In this document: positions 1-8,708 of the stretch, piece by piece
How positions within the stretch are numbered: position 1 is the first letter of the stretch
How the letters are laid out: each line of letters begins with the position of its first letter
DNA from: a virus
Direction: 5' to 3' (one strand)
Virus record (IMG/VR): IMGVR_UViG_3300050821_002279
Span: 1 to 64,000 of that record
DNA length: 64,000 nucleotides
Translations under genes and position numbers: made by a program
The notes under the pieces: model-generated
Told to the model about the DNA's origin: nothing
Seen by the model: only the letters and a program-made list of their open reading frames with translations
The model's database searches: none

Positions 1-107
1 ACCACACTTGCGACTCCACTTGCGACCCCACTTGCGACCACACTTGCGACCGCACTTGCGACTCCACTTGCGACCCCACTTGCGACCGCACTTGCGACCG
101 CACTTGC
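1..107 (-). repeat. 12-bp tandem repeat (about 9 copies, TCGCAAGTGnnG on minus strand) encoding SQV(R/G/E/W)
   Basis: Directly visible as cacttgcgac units on the plus strand. Confidence 0.95.
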
Positions 108-322
108 TTGTTAGAGAACAAGAGAACCCCAAGCCAGCAACCTAGCGGGCTGGAAAGATGCAGAACAACTCTCTCCTTTTTGAAAAAACATTTGTCCCAG
201 GCTCGCGCTAACTCATGCGCCTTTTTGATTTCAATCTGGGTTGTATTCAGCCCTCGCCGAATCCAATCCTTGGCAATGCGATCCAGTTCCTCTTCTTGAG
301 ATTTTGATAGCTTGGTAATCAT
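1..322 (-). CDS. DUF6745-like protein with SQVx tetrapeptide repeats (runs off left edge; not in ORF track)
   Basis: Manual translation from ATG at 322: MITKLSKSQEEELDRIAKDWIRRGLNTT...SSPLGCWLG...QVRSQVRSQVGSQVESQVRSQVW. ATGA overlap with the stop of 319-480. The N-terminus and QV repeat pattern resemble phage DUF6745 proteins. Confidence 0.75.
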   Translation of the reverse strand, partial: MITKLSKSQEEELDRIAKDWIRRGLNTTQIEIKKAHELARAWDKCFFKKERVVLHLSSPLGCWLGVLLFSNKQVRSQVRSQVGSQVESQVRSQVWSQVGSQVESQVW

Positions 323-480
323 GTTGCCGCCGCCTTTTCCGCTTCCTTGGCCTTCTTCACGCGGGTTTGCCACGAACGCTTTCCCCCGAGAGCTTTTTGC
401 TCACGAGTAAGCGCAGCATTGCCTTTCTTCCCGGCTTCGGAAAGTTTCTGGCGCAAGGAATCTGGGATTTGTTTCATCAT
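319..480 (-). CDS. small basic protein with KGG-like motifs
   Basis: LSEAGKKG...ALGGKRSW. Preceded by a TTGACA promoter and translationally coupled to the next gene. Confidence 0.6.
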   Translation of the reverse strand: MMKQIPDSLRQKLSEAGKKGNAALTREQKALGGKRSWQTRVKKAKEAEKAAAT

Positions 481-504
481 TGTGTTTTTTATCGCTGGCA
501 AAGA

Positions 505-533
505 ACCATAGAGGCAAAGAGGGAAAGTGTCAA
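505..533 (-). promoter_or_regulatory. sigma70-type promoter
   Basis: Minus strand TTGACA-N17-TATGGT upstream of the 319-480 gene. Confidence 0.6.
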
Positions 534-537
534 TGGG

Positions 538-1356
538 TTATTTGATTCTTTTGAATTGAAGTTTCCAGACCCAAGGACCGGAGAGGAACGATGACGGGTA
601 TTTGCCGTGGATTGAATCCCATAAAAGACGAAACGAAAGACGGTGTGGGTCTCCACTAAACGGCATAGTTGGGTAAGTTGTGCCTTCAGCTTTCGCGTCA
701 GCTTCGCTAATCTCGTTCACTCGCTGCGGAGTTGGATCGGCCATTAGCTCAAGCTCGATTCTAGCATATCGCCGGGGCATGAATATCGACGGCTTCCAAC
801 GTTTAATCAAAGACGGCGGGCACATTCCACCCCCATCTGCACGATAGCAGATCCACCCCACTCCGATGTTGGAAAACTTTCGCGCTCCACATCCTTTGTG
901 AACCCCAAATGTTTCCTTTGCCCACAGAACATCTCCCTTCTTCCACTTCGCAAACAACGCCTCCGTTCTCTGATTCCAACACGCCCCACCCATTGAGTAA
1001 AGGCACCAGCCAGATTTGACCTGTCCGGTAAATGGATTACCAAGGCTCAAACTTGACGCTGTAAGATTTAATCCAGGCTCAATAGGCACGAAGTCTGCCA
1101 GTCTCCGTGTCTGCCACTTGAAGGGCAACTCAGGATTAATCGGCTCCGCTGGCCAAGATCCAACTTTTGTGTTTAGCAGGGCAAGAATCATCTCGGCCCT
1201 AAAAAGTGCCCCGTGTTCTTTCATAAAATCTGAATCCGCCTTCTGCTGCTCGCGCATTCTTCGTTCTGCTGATTCGCGCTCGCCGTCCTGCGCCGTTTCG
1301 CTGGCCAGATTGAAAGCGTTCTCGGTGTTTGGTAATTCGAATTGAGGAATTTTCAT
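538..1356 (-). CDS. ASCH/PUA-like phage protein
   Basis: GDVLWAKETF, WKPSIFMPRRYARIELE, EISEADAKAEG, FRLLWDSIHG and PWVWKLQF motifs typical of the phage ASCH-like family. Confidence 0.75.
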   Translation of the reverse strand: MKIPQFELPNTENAFNLASETAQDGERESAERRMREQQKADSDFMKEHGALFRAEMILALLNTKVGSWPAEPINPELPFKWQTRRLADFVPIEPGLNLTASSLSLGNPFTGQVKSGWCLYSMGGACWNQRTEALFAKWKKGDVLWAKETFGVHKGCGARKFSNIGVGWICYRADGGGMCPPSLIKRWKPSIFMPRRYARIELELMADPTPQRVNEISEADAKAEGTTYPTMPFSGDPHRLSFRLLWDSIHGKYPSSFLSGPWVWKLQFKRIK

Positions 1357-1357
1357 A

Positions 1358-1696
1358 TCAGTTTGCCTCCGCGCAATCATCGCACTCCATAGCGTAATAA
1401 GGCCCGCTTTCATCCTGCCCGCTTTCTATAAAGGCACGAATGACTTGCGAGATTTCTTTTGTGGTTCCGGCGCTCAATGGAATTCGCATGGCGCAATACC
1501 CGTTATCGTCAGGCAGCAAATACCCGTGGTATTGCGTCACGGTATAAACGAAGTCGTCTGCCGTAAACGTAACGTGTGTTCTGAACGGCCCGGTTACTTC
1601 GATGCGCGGTACCAGATGCGTTTGCTTGCCATGCTTCACGAGGAGCATTTTGATCTCTTCGTCGTCTTCGCAGATTGCTACAGGAAGAGCGTTCAT
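1358..1696 (-). CDS. hypothetical protein
   Basis: ORF coupled to neighbours (ATGA overlap); GAGGAGGG RBS. Confidence 0.55.
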   Translation of the reverse strand: MNALPVAICEDDEEIKMLLVKHGKQTHLVPRIEVTGPFRTHVTFTADDFVYTVTQYHGYLLPDDNGYCAMRIPLSAGTTKEISQVIRAFIESGQDESGPYYAMECDDCAEAN

Positions 1697-1977
1697 CGCA
1701 ATTCCCTCCTCGCCAGTTCCAAAGCTGTGCCGCCTTCTGCGTCGGGATATTCGGCAAGGCGAGCGGTGACAAGGCGCAAAAGATTGCGAAGTCTTTGCCG
1801 TTCGATTGGCCACGCTTCAGGGGTGCTCTTCGTTGTGTCTTGAGGGGCGTTCTGGGGTTGCTGCCCGGGTGCCCGGGGTGCCTCGCCGTAAACGTATCCA
1901 CAGTCCGCGCATTTCCAAACGTGACTTGTGGCGTTTGAACCGTCATTTAAAACCATGTTGTTGTGCTGGCAATTCAT
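1693..1977 (-). CDS. small zinc-ribbon protein
   Basis: CQH...WKCADCG; coupled to the downstream gene. Confidence 0.5.
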   Translation of the reverse strand: MNCQHNNMVLNDGSNATSHVWKCADCGYVYGEAPRAPGQQPQNAPQDTTKSTPEAWPIERQRLRNLLRLVTARLAEYPDAEGGTALELARRELR

Positions 1978-1995
1978 AGGGAAAGAAAAAAGGGT

Positions 1996-2032
1996 TAAAA
2001 AGTCCCCGGGCTTAGTCACCCCGCCCGGGGTT
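1996..2032 (-). terminator. intrinsic terminator after the DUF3150-like gene
   Basis: Minus strand CCCCGGGC-loop-GCCCGGGG followed by ACTTTTT. Confidence 0.7.
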
Positions 2033-2047
2033 CCGAGTCAAGGATCA

Positions 2048-3091
2048 TCAATCCTCGGAAAGATCGAACCGGCGCGAGGGTTGCTTGGTGATCATCGTGT
2101 CAATCTGAGCCTTGATCGCGTCGAACTGTTCCCGGGTTGCCTCTCTCACGTTCGCATACTTTCGCAGGCGATCCGGTTGTAATCCGGTCAAGACTTGCTT
2201 GGCTTGGCCCACCAGGGAAGCAAGCTCTTGATCGTTCATCAGGTTTCGAGACTCGAACACACTGCAAAACTGCTGTATGTTCCCGATCATGCTGTCTCTG
2301 AAGACTGGCGATTTTTCGCCGGGTGCGGCGGGTTTCAACTTTTCGCTGGCATGGCTGATAAGGTCCGCAAAGCTTTCCCGCAATGCGTTTTTAACCTCCT
2401 CTGCCGCCTCTGTAAACTGTCGTTCGAGCTTCTCTGCCGCCTCTTGTCGTAATGCTGCCGGTAGATCATCGGGCACCCCCAGTGCGAGCCATTGCCATTC
2501 CAGCCCAAAGCAAGCTAAGAATTCCGACATCGGGGGATAATCTGCCTCACGGTAAAGCGGACCTAACCCGCCTTGTTTAACTGGGGTTGTCTTGGCCCGT
2601 TCCTTTGACATCGGGTATTCATCGCGCACAAGCGGGATATAATCGTTTTGGAGCTTGGTTAAAGTCGCCTGTAGTTCATCCTCGAATTCCTGTACGAGAT
2701 CCTTGCGGACAACAAAAAGCCCCTCTTTGATCTTGCTTGGCAAGGCTCGCCCAAATCGCCCGGTAAGCTTCTCCTTTGCCTCATTGAGAAAGGCGCACGT
2801 ATTGACGTAGGGATCGGGCTCCGGGTCTTCCTTGGTAGGTTTGCGGCCCAGCAATAGGCGTTTAGTGATCTTCACCGTGTCGCCGTTGCCCTTGAAATTC
2901 TTGGGCAAGTCCACTGCCGGGGTTGATCCGGTGTCATCACCGTTTGCATTGTCGGCATGCAACAGGGTTAAGTATTGCTCCAATGCAGATAAATCTCGAA
3001 CTTTTGCGCGATTCCCAGGCTTCCTTACAGTTAGGCTAAAGAATACACATTCTCTAAACTGCTCAATATCTACAGTGTTTACAGTTTGCAT
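2048..3091 (-). CDS. DUF3150-like protein
   Basis: 347 aa, helical, C-terminal FRDSMIGNIQQFCSVFESRNLMNDQELASLV. Position downstream of AAA/DUF1257/DUF2997 fits this family. Confidence 0.6.
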   Translation of the reverse strand: MQTVNTVDIEQFRECVFFSLTVRKPGNRAKVRDLSALEQYLTLLHADNANGDDTGSTPAVDLPKNFKGNGDTVKITKRLLLGRKPTKEDPEPDPYVNTCAFLNEAKEKLTGRFGRALPSKIKEGLFVVRKDLVQEFEDELQATLTKLQNDYIPLVRDEYPMSKERAKTTPVKQGGLGPLYREADYPPMSEFLACFGLEWQWLALGVPDDLPAALRQEAAEKLERQFTEAAEEVKNALRESFADLISHASEKLKPAAPGEKSPVFRDSMIGNIQQFCSVFESRNLMNDQELASLVGQAKQVLTGLQPDRLRKYANVREATREQFDAIKAQIDTMITKQPSRRFDLSED

Positions 3092-3182
3092 TTTATTTGA
3101 TCCTTTTGGTTGTGTGTTTACTGCTCTGCGGTGTTGTCCGCATTCTACCCGGGCACATTGCCAACTATGCCCGGGTGAATGA

Positions 3183-3434
3183 TTACAGCCCCAAAATCCG
3201 CTTGTTTAGCTGCGACACTTCCCAATCAAGACAGGCTTTACGGCTGGCATGCTGAAAGACAACCTTGCCCGGTTTATTCGCCCAGCACACTTCCCATACT
3301 TGCTTTGCGTGATTGAACTCGATCTGACTTGCCCGGGTAACAACGAGAGACCCTATCTCGTTTAATGGTATTGTATCCGTTGCGAGACAGACCCCGGACC
3401 CATCGGGCTTGAACTGGATTGCGCAGGCGATCAT
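3183..3434 (-). CDS. conserved small protein of the AAA/DUF1257/DUF2997 module
   Basis: RASQIEF...W...F..SRKACLDWE pattern; coupled to the DUF2997 gene. Confidence 0.65.
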   Translation of the reverse strand: MIACAIQFKPDGSGVCLATDTIPLNEIGSLVVTRASQIEFNHAKQVWEVCWANKPGKVVFQHASRKACLDWEVSQLNKRILGL

Positions 3435-3619
3435 TGCCCGACCTTTGCTTGCTGAGTGTTGCCCTGATAATACTCAGGTTTCTTGCTACGCTTGCCCGAC
3501 GTGCCCAAAGCTTGTTCGATTGCTTTGGTTGCTTTCTCACAGGAAGACCCTTTGAAGCCTACAGCCTCAATCGAGACTTCCCCATCTGGTGAAACAGTGA
3601 CGATTACTTGCTTGTTCAT
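3431..3619 (-). CDS. DUF2997 family protein
   Basis: VTVSPDGEVSIEAVGFKGSSCEKATKAIEQALG...KPEYY matches the DUF2997 pattern. Confidence 0.85.
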   Translation of the reverse strand: MNKQVIVTVSPDGEVSIEAVGFKGSSCEKATKAIEQALGTSGKRSKKPEYYQGNTQQAKVGQ

Positions 3620-4017
3620 TAGAATCGCCCCCCGGAAATAAGGACATTAATTGCGCCGGTTTTGGTGATTTGCCTAGTGACTGCGTGGCCTAATCTTCTG
3701 GCTGACATTTCAGCTTTATTTACGCCATACATTTGCACTAACCGCTTCCCGTTCTCCCCGATCTCTTTTGCGACCGATCCGGCCCAGAAGTCTGTCTGCA
3801 TTTTGTAAGTGCCCTTTGGCTCCCTGGTGAGAATGACATCGTACGGCCCGTCGAGCTTCACGTACGCATCGCAGTCAACCATTGTCCCGCCATAGGTGCG
3901 GCCCTGTACTTTCTGCCCCATTGGAGCGCGAACAAGTTGCTTGTGAAGATCCCGACACGCCAGGGACAGCGCATCAAGATCCCTGATTTCGCATTTGATT
4001 TCAACTAAATGGCTCAA
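3619..4017 (-). CDS. DUF1257 (Ycf35-like) protein
   Basis: TTG start after an AGAAAGGATCAAA RBS gives (M)SHLVEIKCEIRDLDAL..AC...DFW...L.QMY, the DUF1257 pattern. Confidence 0.8.
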   Translation of the reverse strand: MSHLVEIKCEIRDLDALSLACRDLHKQLVRAPMGQKVQGRTYGGTMVDCDAYVKLDGPYDVILTREPKGTYKMQTDFWAGSVAKEIGENGKRLVQMYGVNKAEMSARRLGHAVTRQITKTGAINVLISGGRF

Positions 4018-4493
4018 TTTGATCCTTTCTTTTTGTATTGTAAACCGCTTGGCCTGCGCCATCCATTAGCGCGACGGCCTGCGATTAATTCTTGTCTGTG
4101 TGTTGCAATGTGATGTTTTCGGCAAAGCGTTTGGAGATTATCCAAAACGTTGTTCGGGTTGTCTTTCCCGCGTCCATTGCCGTCTTTGTGATGGACTGTA
4201 AGCTTTTCAGTTGTGCCGCAAACGACACACTTGTAATCATCGCGCTCAAGCGCAGCTTGGCGCATTCCGCCATAATGAATCTGCTCCCGCTGAACCTTTG
4301 CCCAGCTTTTCCCGCCTGCCTTAGAATACCATTTGCGCTTGTGCGCTTTGATTTTGGCAAGATTGGCGGGAACATATTCAGCAAAGTAGCACGGTTGACA
4401 CTGGCCCCTTGAGAAGTAAGGCCGATCCACCGTGCCGCATTTGACGCATCGATCATAATTAAGCGACCATTGCCCGGGTTGTTTTCGACTCAT
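4014..4493 (-). CDS. HNH endonuclease
   Basis: ALERDDYKCVVCG...LTVHHKDGN...NNVLDNLQTLCRKHH; N-terminal CxxC...CxxC. Confidence 0.9.
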   Translation of the reverse strand: MSRKQPGQWSLNYDRCVKCGTVDRPYFSRGQCQPCYFAEYVPANLAKIKAHKRKWYSKAGGKSWAKVQREQIHYGGMRQAALERDDYKCVVCGTTEKLTVHHKDGNGRGKDNPNNVLDNLQTLCRKHHIATHRQELIAGRRANGWRRPSGLQYKKKGSN

Positions 4494-4529
4494 CCCGACA
4501 ATCTAAAACCGAGCGAAAAGCTTTTCAAC

Positions 4530-6098
4530 TCAAATCTGAATCTGCCGCTTGCCCGCTTCTTTCGTGGGGGCAAGGGAAGGATCTTGATAGCGATAAACCC
4601 CAGGCGCGCTTGCGCTCAAAAAGCGATTGTTAGCCATGCGACACAATTCCGCAATTTGTTCGGGTGCGCTTTTAACAATTGGGACGATATATTTTGATGC
4701 CTCTTTCAACGACAATTCGGTTCTATAGGCAACATCGCAGCACGCTTTGATTTCAGCCCCGGTAAATCCGTCATCATCCGGCAACGCTTGGCGTTTTTGC
4801 AATTCGTAGTAATCGATCCAGTGTGGCCAAATTGCCGCTCTTTCCTCTTTATCGGGAAGCGGAAAAAACCAAGTGCCTAGCGTGCATCGTCTCCGAAATT
4901 CCGGGGGAATACCCGCGAGCTTATTGCAAGTCATGATCATGATGAGCTTGCCCGCACTCACAGAGACGGCAACTTCTAGTGCTGCTCTGATTTGCTCCTC
5001 CGACTGGCCAACAAGAGATCCTTTCATTGCGCCCATATCCATCCCAAGCACAGGACGGCCCGCAATATTCCCGGTAGCTTTAGCGATTGCCGACTTGCCC
5101 GTTCCCGGGTGCCCTAAAAGCAGCATTGCCGGTATGTTGAAGTCCTGCAAAAAACGAAGCAAAGCCCCGAGTTGATCTTGACTTGTGCCGCTCATGTCGC
5201 CTTGCGCTCCCGCAATCTGTTTTTCCACTTCATCGGCCCAGAGCACGCAATCAACAGGGGTTTTGCCGCTTGTGACGATGCGCGTTAAGTAGTCTTTGAT
5301 CGCCCATAACCCGCCAAGCATTTCAAAGGTTTCACCACCGCGCCAAACAGATAAACCCTTGGTTTGCTCGATCATCTTCTTTTGTCGGTTCCAAAGGGTA
5401 TCACGGTTAATCCCATCTTTAGTCACCGACATTGCCAGGATTTGTTTTGCGCCGAAAGCCGAAGTCCCCGACATCGTATCGATCACGATATCACGATCCC
5501 CGATCTTTTCCTCGGTTAGCTGCGCATCATCAGCGATATGGTCAAGGATCTTCCCTAGCTCCTCATGCCCGGGCAATGGCTCGGAGATGATCACAACATC
5601 ATTTTTAAGCTCTACAGGCAGCTTGATTGACGGCCCAATGAGCACAAGGGTAAACCCAATAGGCTCAAATGCGTCCCGGGCATTCCAAACAGCTTGCATG
5701 CATTCGGTGTCTTCCAACCACCTATTCGAGTGAACCATATACAAGATCCCCGCGACGGCCCGCCGCTTGTCCTCTGGTTTTTCAAGCTCGCTTTCTGGCA
5801 TCACAGAGAGCTTGTCCGATTTTGAAACAAGGGTTGCAAGGCAGTTTGCTGGACTGTTTAACGGCAGTTCATCAGCGAAATGCGAGAGAACGTGGCCGCC
5901 CAAAGTATTGAGCGCGATCAATCCACGCACGATGTCCCATCGAATTTGTGGGGTTGAATCATGCGACCCGTTTAGAGCTTTGGCGCATTGAACGATTGTT
6001 GCTGCCGGGTCTGCGGACTCGATAGCGACAATCGGCACCCCAGCCCTGCGAGCAGAGCGGAATGGATTAGGCGCGGCTTGTGTGGTTTTAGGTGCCAT
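4530..6098 (-). CDS. Ycf46-like AAA+ ATPase
   Basis: Walker A GHPGTGKS, MKGSLVGQSE, TCN..GIPPEFRRR, FTGAEI; degenerate N-terminal AAA-like half. Confidence 0.85.
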   Translation of the reverse strand: MAPKTTQAAPNPFRSARRAGVPIVAIESADPAATIVQCAKALNGSHDSTPQIRWDIVRGLIALNTLGGHVLSHFADELPLNSPANCLATLVSKSDKLSVMPESELEKPEDKRRAVAGILYMVHSNRWLEDTECMQAVWNARDAFEPIGFTLVLIGPSIKLPVELKNDVVIISEPLPGHEELGKILDHIADDAQLTEEKIGDRDIVIDTMSGTSAFGAKQILAMSVTKDGINRDTLWNRQKKMIEQTKGLSVWRGGETFEMLGGLWAIKDYLTRIVTSGKTPVDCVLWADEVEKQIAGAQGDMSGTSQDQLGALLRFLQDFNIPAMLLLGHPGTGKSAIAKATGNIAGRPVLGMDMGAMKGSLVGQSEEQIRAALEVAVSVSAGKLIMIMTCNKLAGIPPEFRRRCTLGTWFFPLPDKEERAAIWPHWIDYYELQKRQALPDDDGFTGAEIKACCDVAYRTELSLKEASKYIVPIVKSAPEQIAELCRMANNRFLSASAPGVYRYQDPSLAPTKEAGKRQIQI

Positions 6099-6100
6099 AA

Positions 6101-6268
6101 TCAATCCCCGATTTGAACCGTGATTTTGATCTGTTTGGCGGAATTAATTTCCGCAACGTCACGCGATACGTAAACATTAGTGATCGCGGCTTTCGGGTCT
6201 GGGGCAGCAAAGCGGACACTGCCTTTGCATTCTTTATCCCGGGTTAACGTGATTTCAATAGACTTCAT
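6101..6268 (-). CDS. 55-aa hypothetical protein (not in ORF track)
   Basis: AGAAAGGATCAA-ATG; MKSIEITLTRDKECKGSVRFAAPDPKAAITNVYVSRD...; stop abuts the AAA start. Confidence 0.65.
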   Translation of the reverse strand: MKSIEITLTRDKECKGSVRFAAPDPKAAITNVYVSRDVAEINSAKQIKITVQIGD

Positions 6269-6336
6269 TTGATCCTTTCTGTTCTGGCGTGATTGCCAGC
6301 CTTGCCCGAGGGTTTAAACTCAGGCAACGCTGAAAA

Positions 6337-6603
6337 TCAATCCCCCAAATCCCCCGCATTAATCACGGTGTATTCCGGCACAACCTGCCGCACCAAAACC
6401 GGGAACGAGACCTCTGTAGCGAACTCCGCACAGACAGAGCAAATTGCCGGTTCATCCCCCGAGATAACCCGCCCGCAAGATAGACAGATATTCTCTTGAT
6501 CGCCTGTAGCCCGAATCAACACAGGGTTTGAATACAGGAGAACGACAAGGCCCACAATCACGGAGAATGAAAACCAGAGGAGGAGGAATGAGAGGGTTGT
6601 CAT
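6337..6603 (-). CDS. small membrane protein with zinc ribbon
   Basis: N-terminal hydrophobic helix, then CLSC...CSVC. Confidence 0.5.
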   Translation of the reverse strand: MTTLSFLLLWFSFSVIVGLVVLLYSNPVLIRATGDQENICLSCGRVISGDEPAICSVCAEFATEVSFPVLVRQVVPEYTVINAGDLGD

Positions 6604-6609
6604 TGTGGA

Positions 6610-6834
6610 TTACTGTGTAACGGTTACGTCATAAAAGCTTTGAGCAGCCAAAATCACAGCTTGCTCTTCCGTGAGATTGTCCCCGACGTGGAAAGTCTTG
6701 GACCCCACATCAATCGTGATCGCGCCCCGGACCTTGATCACCTCATAACGACACGGCAACTCTACTTCTTCAGTGGCGAACCCCTCACATAATCGAACGC
6801 GAGACAGCGTAACGCTAACTTGTGCTTTTCTCAC
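6610..6834 (-). CDS. hypothetical protein
   Basis: GTG start after a GGAAAGGATCAAA RBS. Confidence 0.6.
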   Translation of the reverse strand: MRKAQVSVTLSRVRLCEGFATEEVELPCRYEVIKVRGAITIDVGSKTFHVGDNLTEEQAVILAAQSFYDVTVTQ

Positions 6835-7303
6835 TTGTTTTGATCCTTTCCTTCACTCTGCATTCAACGGGCTTGTGACCGTTCACCCGGAACGATACCG
6901 GGCAAGCTGCATTACGGCCCTTATGCTCCCAGGTTCGGGAACTACGGGCTTAGGGTACACTTAAGCCATCCTCCGATCATCGCGCTATAGTTGCCTTGCG
7001 CCATCGGGGAGAACAGCAATCGCTCCCAAGTCTCACTGAGCTTGCATCAGGCAGAAGCCCGATAGCTACCTTACGAGTGCGGATTCAACATCAAACACCC
7101 GGGCCATTCTCCCCGGCACCAGGGATGCCAGCTTTCGCTTGGCACTGCGGACCTCACACAGCGAACATGCTGCGCGGTTCCCCGCTTCACCGACAATCCA
7201 ACCTCCGAGAGAGACAATGAACTATCACAGTCAAACAGTCAAGCATCGAAGCAAAGATTGTTGAAAACAACCACGGGGATAAAATGAGCTTTCCTTGCTT
7301 GTT

Positions 7304-7319
7304 TGGCACCTTGCTTGCT
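7304..7319 (+). promoter_or_regulatory. sigma54-type (-24/-12) promoter consensus
   Basis: TGGCAC-CTTGC-TTGCT matches TGGCAC-N5-TTGCW exactly; intergenic and facing the TerS-like gene. Confidence 0.55.
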
Positions 7320-7660
7320 ATGCGACGACAAATCATTGCAACGATATACACTTAGAACAAATGCCCGTAATCGAGCGGAAACAGGGTTTTAAGCGTTCAG
7401 ACCCCCGATCCGCTGTCATCATATTGCCTTGAGACTGTCTGCCTGATTGCCTCTGAAATATTGCATTGCATATCAGTGACTTAGCTGCGGTTTGAAAAAG
7501 ATTGGCACGATTAATGGGGTGAGACAACAGAATGCCCTATAAACGATTTTAGAGCGTTTCGAGCCTAAGCTGGCAATCGACGGGCAAAAACAGGATTGAA
7601 CGGCCCCGGGGAACTGGCGACAAGGCAAAGCCGATCAACACACAGCGCATTCAACCCAGG

Positions 7661-8392
7661 ATGACGATCAACCCCAGGAAGAGAAACAAGCTTGACCGGA
7701 CACCGGGAGGCATGCGATTGACATTGAGTATGGCTGATTCAATCATTGAGTGCGAACCGCTAACAGTTGAGGCTTGCGACCCAAAACCGACTCAAAAACG
7801 CATCTCCCCCAGGAAGCTAAGGATCTCGGATGATATCAGGGAACACGCTAAAAACCTATGGGTGCGAGGGGTTAAGATAGCTGTAATCTCGGTTGAGACC
7901 GGACTACCAAAGAGCACAATCAAGAATTGGGCTGCGCGTTATGGCTGGATTCAATTGACACGCAATACCACCAAGATCCTAGAGGCGCGCCAAGCAAGCC
8001 TTGTAACACCTGAGGGTAACGCTATACGTAATGCCCTACGGAGAGAGGCGACCCGGCAGATTGAAGTCTTGGAGAGTACCCCAATAAAAGGCTATGACGA
8101 CCTGCCAAACACCCCAGACAGACAGGGCAGAACTACAATGCTCAAGACCATGACTGAAACCGTCAGCATGATCGATGATTGGGAAAGCTCCAACAGGCCC
8201 GGGCTTATTCTGGCTGGTGCGCTATGCTCCGAGTCTCCTGTAGAGATTGCGGCCAGTGTTGAGACGGTCCAAGATCCCGCTTGTGGCATCGGACCCACTA
8301 CAGATAGTGCCCCGATCCAGATTGAAGATAACAGCATACCACAAGCGGAACAAGTCACTGATAGTCATAGCGATGCCAGTCAAGCGCATTGA
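7661..8392 (+). CDS. putative terminase small subunit (N-terminal HTH)
   Basis: AKNLWVRGVKIAVISVETGLPKSTIKNWAARYGW HTH, helical middle, disordered acidic tail, followed by a C-tract. Start may be 7730. Confidence 0.55.
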   Translation: MTINPRKRNKLDRTPGGMRLTLSMADSIIECEPLTVEACDPKPTQKRISPRKLRISDDIREHAKNLWVRGVKIAVISVETGLPKSTIKNWAARYGWIQLTRNTTKILEARQASLVTPEGNAIRNALRREATRQIEVLESTPIKGYDDLPNTPDRQGRTTMLKTMTETVSMIDDWESSNRPGLILAGALCSESPVEIAASVETVQDPACGIGPTTDSAPIQIEDNSIPQAEQVTDSHSDASQAH

Positions 8393-8640
8393 AGCTAAGT
8401 GATATTGTGCGATCGCTGGCCCCGGGGGACCGTGAAGCATGCTTGTTTGGCCCAGGTTCAGACCACCCCCCCCCCGCAGCCCCTTTTGGCCCCCGTCGAT
8501 AATTCACTCCCCCTCTCGCTAATTTCTGGAGTTTTACCAAACTTTATTTTTGTTGACGATGGCGTTTACGGGCTGATTCGTGGATAGCAGTTTGAATCCA
8601 CGCGGAAGGTCTTACTCTGTATCTGTATATGTCCTCATTC

Positions 8641-8697
8641 TGTCCACTGGGTGTCCACGCATATCCACTGTTGACATTTTTGAATCAGTGGTTTAAT
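8641..8697 (+). promoter_or_regulatory. sigma70 promoter with operator-like repeats
   Basis: TTGACA(8671)...TTTAAT; three T(G/A)TCCAC direct repeats; CCACTG...CAGTGG inverted repeat around the -35. Confidence 0.6.
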
Positions 8698-8708
8698 CTG
8701 TGTTGAGA

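Noticed and set aside
1-107. Telomere-like or CRISPR-like repeat at the window edge
   Set aside because: It is in frame within a coding sequence and simply cut by the window boundary.
6960-7210. Possible tRNA or known ncRNA in the intergenic region
   Set aside because: Several stems are present but no cloverleaf, T-loop consensus or family motif I can support.
8671-8681. Concatenated NN string of unit 3 (AAAAATGTCAA) matches the reverse complement of the promoter at 8671
   Set aside because: Only 11 AT-rich nt and flanks do not extend; expected by chance given the number of comparisons.
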